A DNA stretch of 49,051 nucleotides from assembly GCA_900321785.1 (NCBI GenBank), contig ONXK01000003.1, positions 1 through 49,051 on the forward strand, in the 5' to 3' direction. Positions 30,032 to 38,649 of this stretch are shown piece after piece. Each line of letters opens with the position of its first letter. Position 1 is the stretch's first letter. The DNA is from an uncultured Lachnospiraceae bacterium. Its GTDB lineage: Bacteria > Bacillota > Clostridia > Lachnospirales > Lachnospiraceae. Both the position numbers and the translations under genes were made by a program. The notes beneath the pieces are model-generated. The model had not been told where the DNA came from and did no database searches. It worked only from the letters and a program-made list of their open reading frames with translations.

Positions 30032-30402
30032 GTTTACCTCTTTTCTGCCGCTCTCTGCGGCGAAATGATCTACAGCGGACATCGGCGCGTCCTTTTTTTC
30101 ACATCGCGCACTGGCATCGGGCACTTTGTTTCTTTATATAATAGGAAGTCTCCTGTGCATTCCTTCCCGTTTCATGCGTTTTTTTACGGGCTGGCCGTTT
30201 GGATTTGCTTCCTGTTTGCCTCAGGCGGTCTGCTGTCTGGCTGCCGAGGGGACGGGCGGCTCCCGGACCGGACTTTCGTCCTCGGGGATGTCATACTAGT
30301 AGAGGCTGCGTTACACCGGACCGACTGGCCATTAAACTTCGGACCGGCAGCGTATCACTAACTGCACACGGAGAGTGCAGCAGTATGCTGTTTCTCACAC
30401 AA

Positions 30403-30720
30403 TTATTTGGTCTTCATCTTAATGTCGATGTAGACACCTGCGGGCATCTCCAGTCTCTGGAGTGCGTCGACAGTCTTCTGTGTGGGTGTGATGATGTCGA
30501 TCAGGCGCTTGTGTGTGCGCTGCTCGAACTGCTCGCGAGAATCTTTATACTTATGAACAGCACGAAGGATCGTAACAACTTCCTTCTTGGTGGGAAGCGG
30601 AACGGGACCGCTCACCTGTGAGCCGTTCTTCTTGACTGTTTCGATGATCTTCTTCGCGGATGCGTCCACGAGCTCATGATCATATGCCTTTAATGTGATT
30701 CTCATAACCTGATTTGCCAT
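30403..30720 (-). CDS. rpsJ: 30S ribosomal protein S10
   Basis: RI.LKAYDH..VD, GPVPLPT and [20 protein letters not shown]; AAGGAGG RBS. Confidence 0.99.
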   Translation of the reverse strand: MANQVMRITLKAYDHELVDASAKKIIETVKKNGSQVSGPVPLPTKKEVVTILRAVHKYKDSREQFEQRTHKRLIDIITPTQKTVDALQRLEMPAGVYIDIKMKTK

Positions 30721-30950
30721 AAAAAAAGTCGCCTCCTTTTCGCACTTTTTGGTAAGTACGACAAGCGGTGACTGTACACTATCCCGTGTGTTGGCCGCTC
30801 TGCAGACATTCATTGGTACAGTGACTTGTCGTCAGATTTGCGAGTTCTCTCCAAATGGCTCCTGAAGAGTACTCCAGACATTCGCTCCACGGAAAACCTG
30901 CCGGATCGCCGGCAGCAACCTCACGCTTCACAGCTATCAATGTCACAGCG
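30721..30950 (-). promoter_or_regulatory. Long structured S10 operon leader (candidate Clostridial r-protein leader)
   Basis: About 230 nt between the promoter and rpsJ, with hairpins such as ctgccgg-cgat-ccggcag; not model-verified. Confidence 0.55.
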
Positions 30951-30956
30951 ATAATG

Positions 30957-30985
30957 ATAATATCACGAGTCCCCGACTTGCGCAA
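30957..30985 (-). promoter_or_regulatory. S10 operon promoter
   Basis: TTGCGC-17 nt-TATTAT with an extended -10 TG and an A-rich upstream region. Confidence 0.7.
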
Positions 30986-31105
30986 GCGGTTTTTTTTGCA
31001 AAAATCGATATTTTTAAAAATAATTGTACTTCTGTCTGAACAATCCGCTTTTTGACAGTCAAGGCTCTCTCTGTCCGTTTTCCCGCCCTGCTTCTGTCTG
31101 AGATA

Positions 31106-31141
31106 AACGAACCGGAACGATCCAGGATCGTTCCGGTCCGT
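31106..31141 (-). terminator. Probable terminator after putP
   Basis: accggaacgatc-cag-gatcgttccggt perfect 12-bp stem; weak U tract. Confidence 0.6.
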
Positions 31142-31211
31142 ATTAGTTACTGTAATGACACTGTCTTACATTCATGATCCGAAGATGATAAGTCTTTTAT
31201 GCAGCACCTTC

Positions 31212-32759
31212 TTATGCCTGCTTTTTGCTGACTTCGTCAAACTTCTTGGTGATCACGGCTGAAGGCTCCTTGGTTGCAAGGCTGACCACGATATCCGCGA
31301 TCAGGGCAATGATAAAGGCAGGGAGCAGTTCGTAGATTGCGAACACGCCGCCGAGACGGGCAATGCCGAACTTCCACAAGAAGATCATGACGCCGCCGCA
31401 GATCAGGCCTGCCATAGCTCCCCTGCGGTTGGATCTGCGCCAGAAGAGGGCCAGCAGCATGGTGGGACCGAAGGTTGCGCCGAAGCCCGCCCATGCAAAG
31501 GAGACTACACGGAAAACGGAACTGTTGGGATTCCATGCAAGAATGATAGCGACAGCTGCAATAGCGATAACAGTGGCGCGGGCTGCGACCATCTTGCCCT
31601 GCTGGGAGAGCTTAACACGTCCGAATCCCTGCATGAGGTCCTCGGAGACACTCGATGCGGCTGCAAGGAGCTGGGAATCTGCGGAAGACATAGTCGCTGC
31701 CAGGATACCTGCCAGGATAACACCGGCCGCCAGGGCGAAGATCACGCCGTGCTGGCTCATGAGGTTTGCCAGCTGGATGATGATCGTCTCGGACTCCGCG
31801 TCTCTTCCGTTCAGCATGGGAATATGTCCGGCCTTGGATACGCTGTAACCGATGATACCGATGAAAATGGCGATGCACATGGAGATTGCCGCCCAGGCGG
31901 AGGCAATTCTCCTGGAAATAACCAGTTCTTTCTCATTGCGGATCGCCATGAAGCGGAGCAGGATGTGGGGCATTCCGAAATAGCCAAGGCCCCAGGCCAG
32001 TGTGGAAACTATGCTGAGGAAGCCAAAACTCGACGCGGAATTGGATGCCGCATCATATCCCTGGGTAATGTTGAGATATCCGGGGAGTTCCCTTGCGTTC
32101 TGAGCGACTACGTCAATGCCGCCCGCCTTGTCAATACCGAAGAAAACGATGATGATCAGGGCGATGGTCATGAAGATACTCTGGACCAGGTCGGTCGTGG
32201 AAACGGCAAGAAATCCGCCCATAGTGGTGTAGGCCACAATGATGACCGCGCCGATGATCATGGCCAGGTGATACTCGATGCCAAAGAGGCTGTTGAACAG
32301 GGTACCGACTGCCTTGAATCCGGATGCCGTGTAAGGCACGAAGAAAATGATAATGATCAGTGCAGCGATCAGGGAAAGGGTATTCTCGCGGTCGTTATAA
32401 CGGCGGGAATAGAAATCCGGGATCGTAAAGGCGCCGAGTTTTTCGGAATAACGGCGAAGACGTCTTGCGACAAACAAAAAGTTCAGGTAGGTACCGACCG
32501 CCAGACCGATCGCTGTCCAGCCGACTTGCGCCACACCGGCGAAATAGGCAAGTCCGGGAAGACCCATCAGCAGATAGGCGCTCATATCGGAAGCCTCGGC
32601 ACTCATGGCCGTGACCAGAGGTCCCAGTGACCTGCCGCCGATATAGAATCCGTCTGATGTGTCCGCAGCGCCCTGGCGGTTGAAAATAACACCGATCAGC
32701 AGCATTCCGAACAGATATGCCACAATTGTGACAACAATGATTATCTGTGCACTTGTCAT
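31212..32759 (-). CDS. putP: Sodium/proline symporter (SSS family)
   Basis: GGRSLGP.VTAMSA.ASDMS..LLMGLPG, LAWGLGYFGMPHIL.RFMA and V.FAWAGFGA.FGP; AAGGAGG before MTSAQ. Confidence 0.9.
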   Translation of the reverse strand: MTSAQIIIVVTIVAYLFGMLLIGVIFNRQGAADTSDGFYIGGRSLGPLVTAMSAEASDMSAYLLMGLPGLAYFAGVAQVGWTAIGLAVGTYLNFLFVARRLRRYSEKLGAFTIPDFYSRRYNDRENTLSLIAALIIIIFFVPYTASGFKAVGTLFNSLFGIEYHLAMIIGAVIIVAYTTMGGFLAVSTTDLVQSIFMTIALIIIVFFGIDKAGGIDVVAQNARELPGYLNITQGYDAASNSASSFGFLSIVSTLAWGLGYFGMPHILLRFMAIRNEKELVISRRIASAWAAISMCIAIFIGIIGYSVSKAGHIPMLNGRDAESETIIIQLANLMSQHGVIFALAAGVILAGILAATMSSADSQLLAAASSVSEDLMQGFGRVKLSQQGKMVAARATVIAIAAVAIILAWNPNSSVFRVVSFAWAGFGATFGPTMLLALFWRRSNRRGAMAGLICGGVMIFLWKFGIARLGGVFAIYELLPAFIIALIADIVVSLATKEPSAVITKKFDEVSKKQA

Positions 32760-33056
32760 AACTATTTCCTCCTTTATGTTTCGCCGCAGTGATACAGGCA
32801 GGTCAAAGATGCTGTAAACTGCACTTTGATGCTTTATCACTGCAACGCAGATAACATGTCGATTTTACCACAGGAGCGTTTTGAAATAAAGTTAATTATT
32901 TACATTTTTGGTTTCAGATTATAGACTGGTGATACAAGCCACACCCGCTTACACAGAAACTGCCCGCGCAGGCAATACTTTTCAACGCGGGCAGCCGGTT
33001 CAGATCTGTCAATATTTAGATCTGTCATTATATATAGAAAGGAAAGGTCACTTTCA

Positions 33057-33932
33057 ATGTGGATTGCCGATCAATGGAAAGACTATGAAGTCCTTGATAC
33101 ATCAAAAGGAGAAAAGCTGGAACGATGGGGCCAATACCGTCTGATCCGTCCGGATCCCCAGGTAATCTGGGATACACCCAGGAACAGAGCCTGGCGCCGT
33201 CCCAATGCGCACTACCACCGGAGCAAAAAGGGCGGCGGAGAGTGGGAGTTTTTTGATCTTCCGGATGACTGGTGCATCCACTACAAAGACCTGACCTTCC
33301 GTCTGAAACCCTTCAGCTTTAAACATACCGGCCTCTTTCCGGAACAGGCCGTAAACTGGGACTGGTTTTCGGAGCTGATCCGCCGGCGTGTCTCCGCCGG
33401 ACAGAAAGTCCGCGTGCTAAATCTCTTCGCCTATACCGGCGGCGCCACTGCGGCTGCCGCGGCAGCAGGTGCCGAAGTCACCCATGTGGATGCCTCCAAG
33501 GGAATGGTCGGATGGGCCAAAGAGAACGCCCAGCTTTCCGGTCTGGGTGACGCTCATATCCGGTGGCTGGTAGATGACTGCGGCAAATTTGTCGAGCGTG
33601 AGATCCGCAGAGGAAATCACTACGACGCGATCATTATGGATCCTCCTTCCTACGGGAGAGGCCCCAAAGGCGAGATCTGGAAGATTGAAGAAAGCATCTT
33701 TCCCTTCCTGCAGCGATGCGCGCTTCTTTTATCGGATTCACCGCTCTTTGTCCTGCTCAATTCCTATACTACCGGCCTGCAGCCCGCTGTTCTGAGCTAT
33801 ATGCTGCACACGGTTCTGGACCCCAGATACCCCGGAACTGTCGACGCCGGAGAAGTCGGCCTTCCCGTGTCCTCCAACGGACTGGTACTGCCCTGCGGCG
33901 CAGCCGGAAGGTGGATCCATGTCCCCCGGTAA
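33057..33932 (+). CDS. Class I SAM-dependent methyltransferase (RlmI/RlmK-like family)
   Basis: FKHTGLFPEQ..NW, VLNLFAYTG, THVDASK and IIMDPPSYG. Confidence 0.88.
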   Translation: MWIADQWKDYEVLDTSKGEKLERWGQYRLIRPDPQVIWDTPRNRAWRRPNAHYHRSKKGGGEWEFFDLPDDWCIHYKDLTFRLKPFSFKHTGLFPEQAVNWDWFSELIRRRVSAGQKVRVLNLFAYTGGATAAAAAAGAEVTHVDASKGMVGWAKENAQLSGLGDAHIRWLVDDCGKFVEREIRRGNHYDAIIMDPPSYGRGPKGEIWKIEESIFPFLQRCALLLSDSPLFVLLNSYTTGLQPAVLSYMLHTVLDPRYPGTVDAGEVGLPVSSNGLVLPCGAAGRWIHVPR

Positions 33933-33953
33933 ATCAGGAAGGGGCCGGGATAT

Positions 33954-34961
33954 TTACCTCCACTCTGACATCACTCTGTCGCCTTCCTCATTGAGCTCGA
34001 TACGGTCGCGGATCTGCAGCATACGGCGGTCCAGCTGGTTGATCAGGTCCGCGCTGTAATGCAGCTCTTCAACAATGGATTCGGCGTTCCTGATCTCCCT
34101 CTTATACTTCATCTTGTGTTCAACACTTGCCCAGAAGTCCATGGCGATCGTGCGGAACTGCAGCTCGACCTTCATGTACTTTTTTTCCTGCATGAGATAA
34201 ATCGGTACTTCCAGGATCAGGTGAAGACTTCTGTATCCATTCGGCTTGGGATGCGCGATGTAGTCCTTTTCCTGAATGATACGGACATCATCCTGTGCGG
34301 CAAGGCTGTCCCGAATGCTGTAAATATCATCAATGAAAGAGCAGATGACCCGGAGTCCTGCCACATCCGTCAGATACTTTTCTATATTAACAACAGAAAA
34401 AGGAATCCTGCGGTGCTTGAGTTTCTCATAGATGCTCACGGGTTTTTTCAGACGGCTCTTGATCGACTCGAAAGGATTTCGGTTCTTTTTGAGACCCACC
34501 TCCCTGTTAAGGACTTCCAGCTTGGTCCGCACCTCCGCAAGGGCACAGTCATAGTACATCATAAGGATTTCAAAATCCTCAAGCTGGCCTGTGAGCTGCA
34601 GGACACGGTCAATGTCCTCCTGCGAGATGTGCTTCATTTCCAGATGACGGATTCTGACACGCTCTGTTCCCGGATAATCAAAAGGGTTGATCTCTTCCGC
34701 AAATCCTTCTCCGCGTCCTGTACCTGCTGTGGTTTTTTCCTCCGATGAACCTGATGCCCCGCCTGTCTGCTGCAGAACATTCGATCCCGATACATCGGAT
34801 ACTTCCTTTGCGGATGAAAGCACTGCAGTATCCTGCAGTTTGCTCTCCTGCTCCCCGGGCATCTGCCCGTTTTGCCCGCGAAGTTCTTTTTCCTCCGCAC
34901 GCTGATCAGACTGCCCTGTATTCTCCGGAACTTCAGCTGATTGAACGGCTTTGTTCTCCAT
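33954..34961 (-). CDS. Small alarmone synthetase (RelP/RelQ-like (p)ppGpp synthetase) with an N-terminal extension
   Basis: IKSRLKK..SI..KL, D.AGLRVIC, KDYI..PKPNGYRSLH and VELQFRTIAMDFWAS.EH.MKYK. Confidence 0.92.
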   Translation of the reverse strand: MENKAVQSAEVPENTGQSDQRAEEKELRGQNGQMPGEQESKLQDTAVLSSAKEVSDVSGSNVLQQTGGASGSSEEKTTAGTGRGEGFAEEINPFDYPGTERVRIRHLEMKHISQEDIDRVLQLTGQLEDFEILMMYYDCALAEVRTKLEVLNREVGLKKNRNPFESIKSRLKKPVSIYEKLKHRRIPFSVVNIEKYLTDVAGLRVICSFIDDIYSIRDSLAAQDDVRIIQEKDYIAHPKPNGYRSLHLILEVPIYLMQEKKYMKVELQFRTIAMDFWASVEHKMKYKREIRNAESIVEELHYSADLINQLDRRMLQIRDRIELNEEGDRVMSEWR

Positions 34962-35095
34962 ATTCCCTCCTACTCCACATTAAATATGCTGTATCGGAAA
35001 CCTGTCTGTTCAGGAACAGGTCCGCTTTTTGTGGTCATTAAAGCACTTCCACCCATGCGGTGTCATCCCATTTTGTCCGCATCGTATACGATCCA

Positions 35096-36229
35096 TTACT
35101 GCTGCAAAGTGCGCAGAAGCGTACGGTCTGTCATATATTCATTTGCCCCGTAAAGATAAAGCACCTTCGTCACATTATACTTTTTAACAAGTTTTTCGAC
35201 AGTCACCGGCGTCTTTGACGGATGGACAAACACAATATTTTCAAATGAAGAGACAAAGAGCGGGACGATGCTGTCCGCGGTCCGGTCTCCGATCACGAGA
35301 AGCGTCTCTGCATTGATCCTGGTCGTATGAATCTCTGTAAGTGCCTTTTCTCCTCCGAAAAAGACATTATAAGCCGCTGTGCTCTGTGCGGCATCTGCAT
35401 CATACAATGACCCGCTCCACTTTTTGCTCCGGCCGTCTACGCGATAATAGCAGGCTTCATTTTCAGGAACATAGATCTCCAGCCTTTCGCCTGAAGACTC
35501 AAAATAGTGCAGGGACGGTATTCTGTCCATTGCAAATCTTCCCGAAAAACTGTTTGACAAAAGATAACACTGGTCTTTTCCTTCAGGGATCTCCTCTCCC
35601 ATTGCTTCAATTCCGGCTCTTGCCGCGTAACGGCTTCCCCAGCCGGTCAGATATCGGTCGGAAGCATAATATAGTTTTTCTCCGGAGTGATCGGAAAACA
35701 GCTGCACAAGGTCGATCCATTGGACACTTCCGGGAAGCCGGCTTTGAATATTGGCCAGGTCTGCTTTCTGATCGCGAATCTCTGCGCTTTCCGGAAGATA
35801 ATCCGGCAGAATGCAGGCCGCTGTCGGGACCAGCATCACATATTGCTGCAGATTCGGATAGGTCTGCGACAAAGCCTCCATGCTGCCGGCAGCCATAGTG
35901 ATCTTCTCGTCATCGGGTTCCCGGGGCTCTTCTAACATCCCTCCGTATTCACAGCGGTAAATCCCGTGACGGAATGTGCGGCTGATGTCCTTATACATCA
36001 GTCCCATCCCTGAAGCGATCATCAGGATACACAAAAGAAAGATGGGCAGACCGCTGCCGGCACGGGTCCCTCCCGCCGGTTTGGATTTTTCTGCATCATC
36101 TGTCTCTGCATATGTCGATGTCCGCTTCACGGAATCCGCCTTATCCATGTCCGTCCGCCTCTTCTGTTTCTTTTCCCATGCGCCCGCGGAGACCGGCTCC
36201 TCCTGCGCAGCATGTTTTTCAAATGCCAT
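35096..36229 (-). CDS. DHHW/AlgJ-AlgX-like membrane-anchored protein with degenerate catalytic motifs
   Basis: Single TM segment, Y.MLVPTA..I....LP, LYY.SDRYLT..G (DHHW position), Y.VFFGG and LLVIGDRTADSIVP (DS position). Confidence 0.7.
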   Translation of the reverse strand: MAFEKHAAQEEPVSAGAWEKKQKRRTDMDKADSVKRTSTYAETDDAEKSKPAGGTRAGSGLPIFLLCILMIASGMGLMYKDISRTFRHGIYRCEYGGMLEEPREPDDEKITMAAGSMEALSQTYPNLQQYVMLVPTAACILPDYLPESAEIRDQKADLANIQSRLPGSVQWIDLVQLFSDHSGEKLYYASDRYLTGWGSRYAARAGIEAMGEEIPEGKDQCYLLSNSFSGRFAMDRIPSLHYFESSGERLEIYVPENEACYYRVDGRSKKWSGSLYDADAAQSTAAYNVFFGGEKALTEIHTTRINAETLLVIGDRTADSIVPLFVSSFENIVFVHPSKTPVTVEKLVKKYNVTKVLYLYGANEYMTDRTLLRTLQQ

Positions 36230-36310
36230 GTTGAAAATATCCTAACGTAACCCATCAACTACTGTCGTCTCACCCGCCTGAGACACAGATGTTATATTCC
36301 GCACTTATTC

Positions 36311-37252
36311 TCAAAACGTGAGATGGCCGTTTTCATAATCATATACGCCCAACAGCTGATTTTCGCCCCAGTATTGGTAGAATTCCGACTGCATATGAAC
36401 CCCGTCCGCAGCATACAGGTCCGGGTGTTCCTCAAGGATGCTGCTATTGTCAATGAAGGGGATCCCCTCTTCTTCACACATCTGGCGCACAGCCTCGCTG
36501 TAGTCCGGAATACCCTGCCAGATCGTATATGTCTGCGCCGCATCCTCTCTTGCAGGGATGATGGAGTTGACATAGATCTGGGCATCCGGCACTGCCTTCT
36601 GCAGATCATGGAGTTTGTCCGCAAAAGCAGCCGCATACTCCTCTTTTGTAGGCCAGTAGCCTATCCCTATATCATTGATTCCATAGCTGATAAAAATATA
36701 TTTGGGCGACAACTCCCTGATTGTATCCATGTTATCGGAAATGGAATTGATCGTATCACCCGCTTCCGCCAGAACCCGTTCTGAAGGCAGGTATCCAAAC
36801 ACATCATAGCCGACTACACGGGAGTCTCCCAGAAAAACATAGTCTTCAAAAGAATCCCACAGCTTATCATCCTTGAGTGTGTTGCGGTAAGCCTCTCTTT
36901 TTCTGCTATATTCCTCGCGCGCGATTTCCTTTTCACGTTCCTTCCGCGCTTCCGCAATCATATATTCCATTTCGACAGGGGTACGCTCCTCCAGAGAAAG
37001 CAGATAGGCCCGCCCCTTCTCAAGTTCTGTCGCCAGATGATCATAGGCAGAGTCTTCTTCGGCAGCTGCCGCAGTGGCATCCTGTCCGCCGGCGGCATCC
37101 GGTGCAGAAGTACTCTGGCCGGCATCTTCGGTTGCGGCAGCCATTGTTTCAACAGTTCCCGCCGCCATTCGTGCACCTGCGGCGGCAGCAGCCAGTAGGA
37201 ATATCAAAATGAACAGACGGATCGCGCCGCCTTTCCCTTTTCGTTTTTTCAT
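36311..37252 (-). CDS. Exported or membrane-anchored SGNH/GDSL hydrolase
   Basis: Basic N-terminus plus hydrophobic stretch; blocks FLGDSR, YGIND and DGVH. Confidence 0.88.
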   Translation of the reverse strand: MKKRKGKGGAIRLFILIFLLAAAAAGARMAAGTVETMAAATEDAGQSTSAPDAAGGQDATAAAAEEDSAYDHLATELEKGRAYLLSLEERTPVEMEYMIAEARKEREKEIAREEYSRKREAYRNTLKDDKLWDSFEDYVFLGDSRVVGYDVFGYLPSERVLAEAGDTINSISDNMDTIRELSPKYIFISYGINDIGIGYWPTKEEYAAAFADKLHDLQKAVPDAQIYVNSIIPAREDAAQTYTIWQGIPDYSEAVRQMCEEEGIPFIDNSSILEEHPDLYAADGVHMQSEFYQYWGENQLLGVYDYENGHLTF

Positions 37253-37404
37253 CGTGCTCCAGAATCAATGTGATGATGCAGGTACCGGCCGCTCAGCCCT
37301 TCGGCTGTTTATGCAGCTTGACGAGACTCAGAGCCACCGCATACCTCAACATCATGTGATATCAATGTGATAAGCAGAACCTGATAAAAAAATCAGGCTG
37401 TTCG

Positions 37405-37436
37405 AAAAAAACCCCGCCGCTATCACGCGGCGGGGC
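37405..37436 (-). terminator. Intrinsic terminator of the str operon
   Basis: ccccgccgc-gtgata-gcggcgggg followed by T7, downstream of tuf. Confidence 0.9.
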
Positions 37437-37523
37437 CTTTAGATCTTAATTACAACTGCCGGTCATGCCGACAGCCTATCATCCTGTGGATGACCGTATA
37501 ATCTGTCCTTATTACTATTCAGA

Positions 37524-38585
37524 TTAGTCAAGAACGGAAGCAACACGGCCGGAACCGACAGTACGGCCACCTTCACGGATAGCGAAAGTAAGACCCTGCT
37601 CCATAGCGATGGGGTGGATGAGCTCGATGGTCATCTCAACGTGATCGCCAGGCATGCACATCTCAGTGCCTTCGGGCAGAGAGATAACGCCGGTAACGTC
37701 AGTTGTTCTGAAATAGAACTGAGGACGATAGTTGTTGAAGAAAGGAGTATGACGGCCGCCTTCATCCTTGGTCAGGACGTAAACCTGAGCGGTGAAGTTC
37801 TTGTGGCAGGTAACAGTGCCGGGCTTTGCGATAACCTGGCCGCGCTCGATGGCGGTTCTCTCAATACCACGAAGAAGAAGACCTACGTTGTCGCCAGCCT
37901 CTGCATAATCCAGAGTCTTGCGGAACATCTCGATACCGGTAACGACGGACTTCTGAACCTCTTCCTTGATACCAAGGATCTCGACGGGCTCCATGCTCTT
38001 CAGCTGGCCACGCTCGACACGGCCGGTAGCAACGGTACCACGACCGGAGATTGTGAAGACGTCCTCGATGGGCATAAGGAAAGGCTTGTCATTCTCACGC
38101 TGAGGGTTGGGGATGTACTCATCAACAGCATCCATGAGTTCCATGATGTTGTCAGCCCACTTCTCTTCGTCATCAACCATGTCGCACTTGTTCATGAATA
38201 CTACGATATAAGGAACACCGACCTGACGTGCAAGCAGAACGTGCTCACGAGTCTGAGCCATAACACCGTCAGTAGCAGCAACTACGAGGATGGAACCATC
38301 CATCTGAGCAGCACCAGTGATCATGTTCTTGACATAGTCAGCATGTCCGGGGCAGTCGACGTGTGCATAGTGTCTCTTTGCAGTCTCATACTCGACGTGC
38401 GCAGAGTTGATGGTGATACCACGCTCTTTCTCTTCGGGAGCCTTGTCGATCTGATCGAAAGCAACAGCCTGGCCGCCCTGGCGGACAGCGAGAACGCTGG
38501 TGATTGCAGCGGTCAGAGTGGTTTTGCCGTGGTCAACGTGGCCGATGGTGCCGATGTTGCAGTGCGGTTTTGTTCTGTCAAAATG
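37524..38585 (-). pseudogene. tuf: Elongation factor Tu, damaged as assembled: no RBS or start codon and an internal in-frame deletion of about 38 aa
   Basis: [31 protein letters not shown] and [11 protein letters not shown] are present; DDEE joins directly to KW (GSAL motif missing); the promoter abuts the His codon. Confidence 0.8.
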
Positions 38586-38592
38586 CCACACA

Positions 38593-38621
38593 ATTATAAT
38601 AAACAACGTGTGAGATTTCAA
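38593..38621 (-). promoter_or_regulatory. Internal tuf promoter
   Basis: TTGAAA-17 nt-TATAAT in the fusA-tuf spacer. Confidence 0.8.
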
Positions 38622-38649
38622 TAAGGATTTTCAGTATTTAACTGTGGTT

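Noticed and set aside
38586-38592. Leaderless translation of tuf from the in-frame GTG
   Set aside because: The GTG begins 1 nt after the -10 hexamer, upstream of any plausible transcription start, and has no SD for the read-through transcript.
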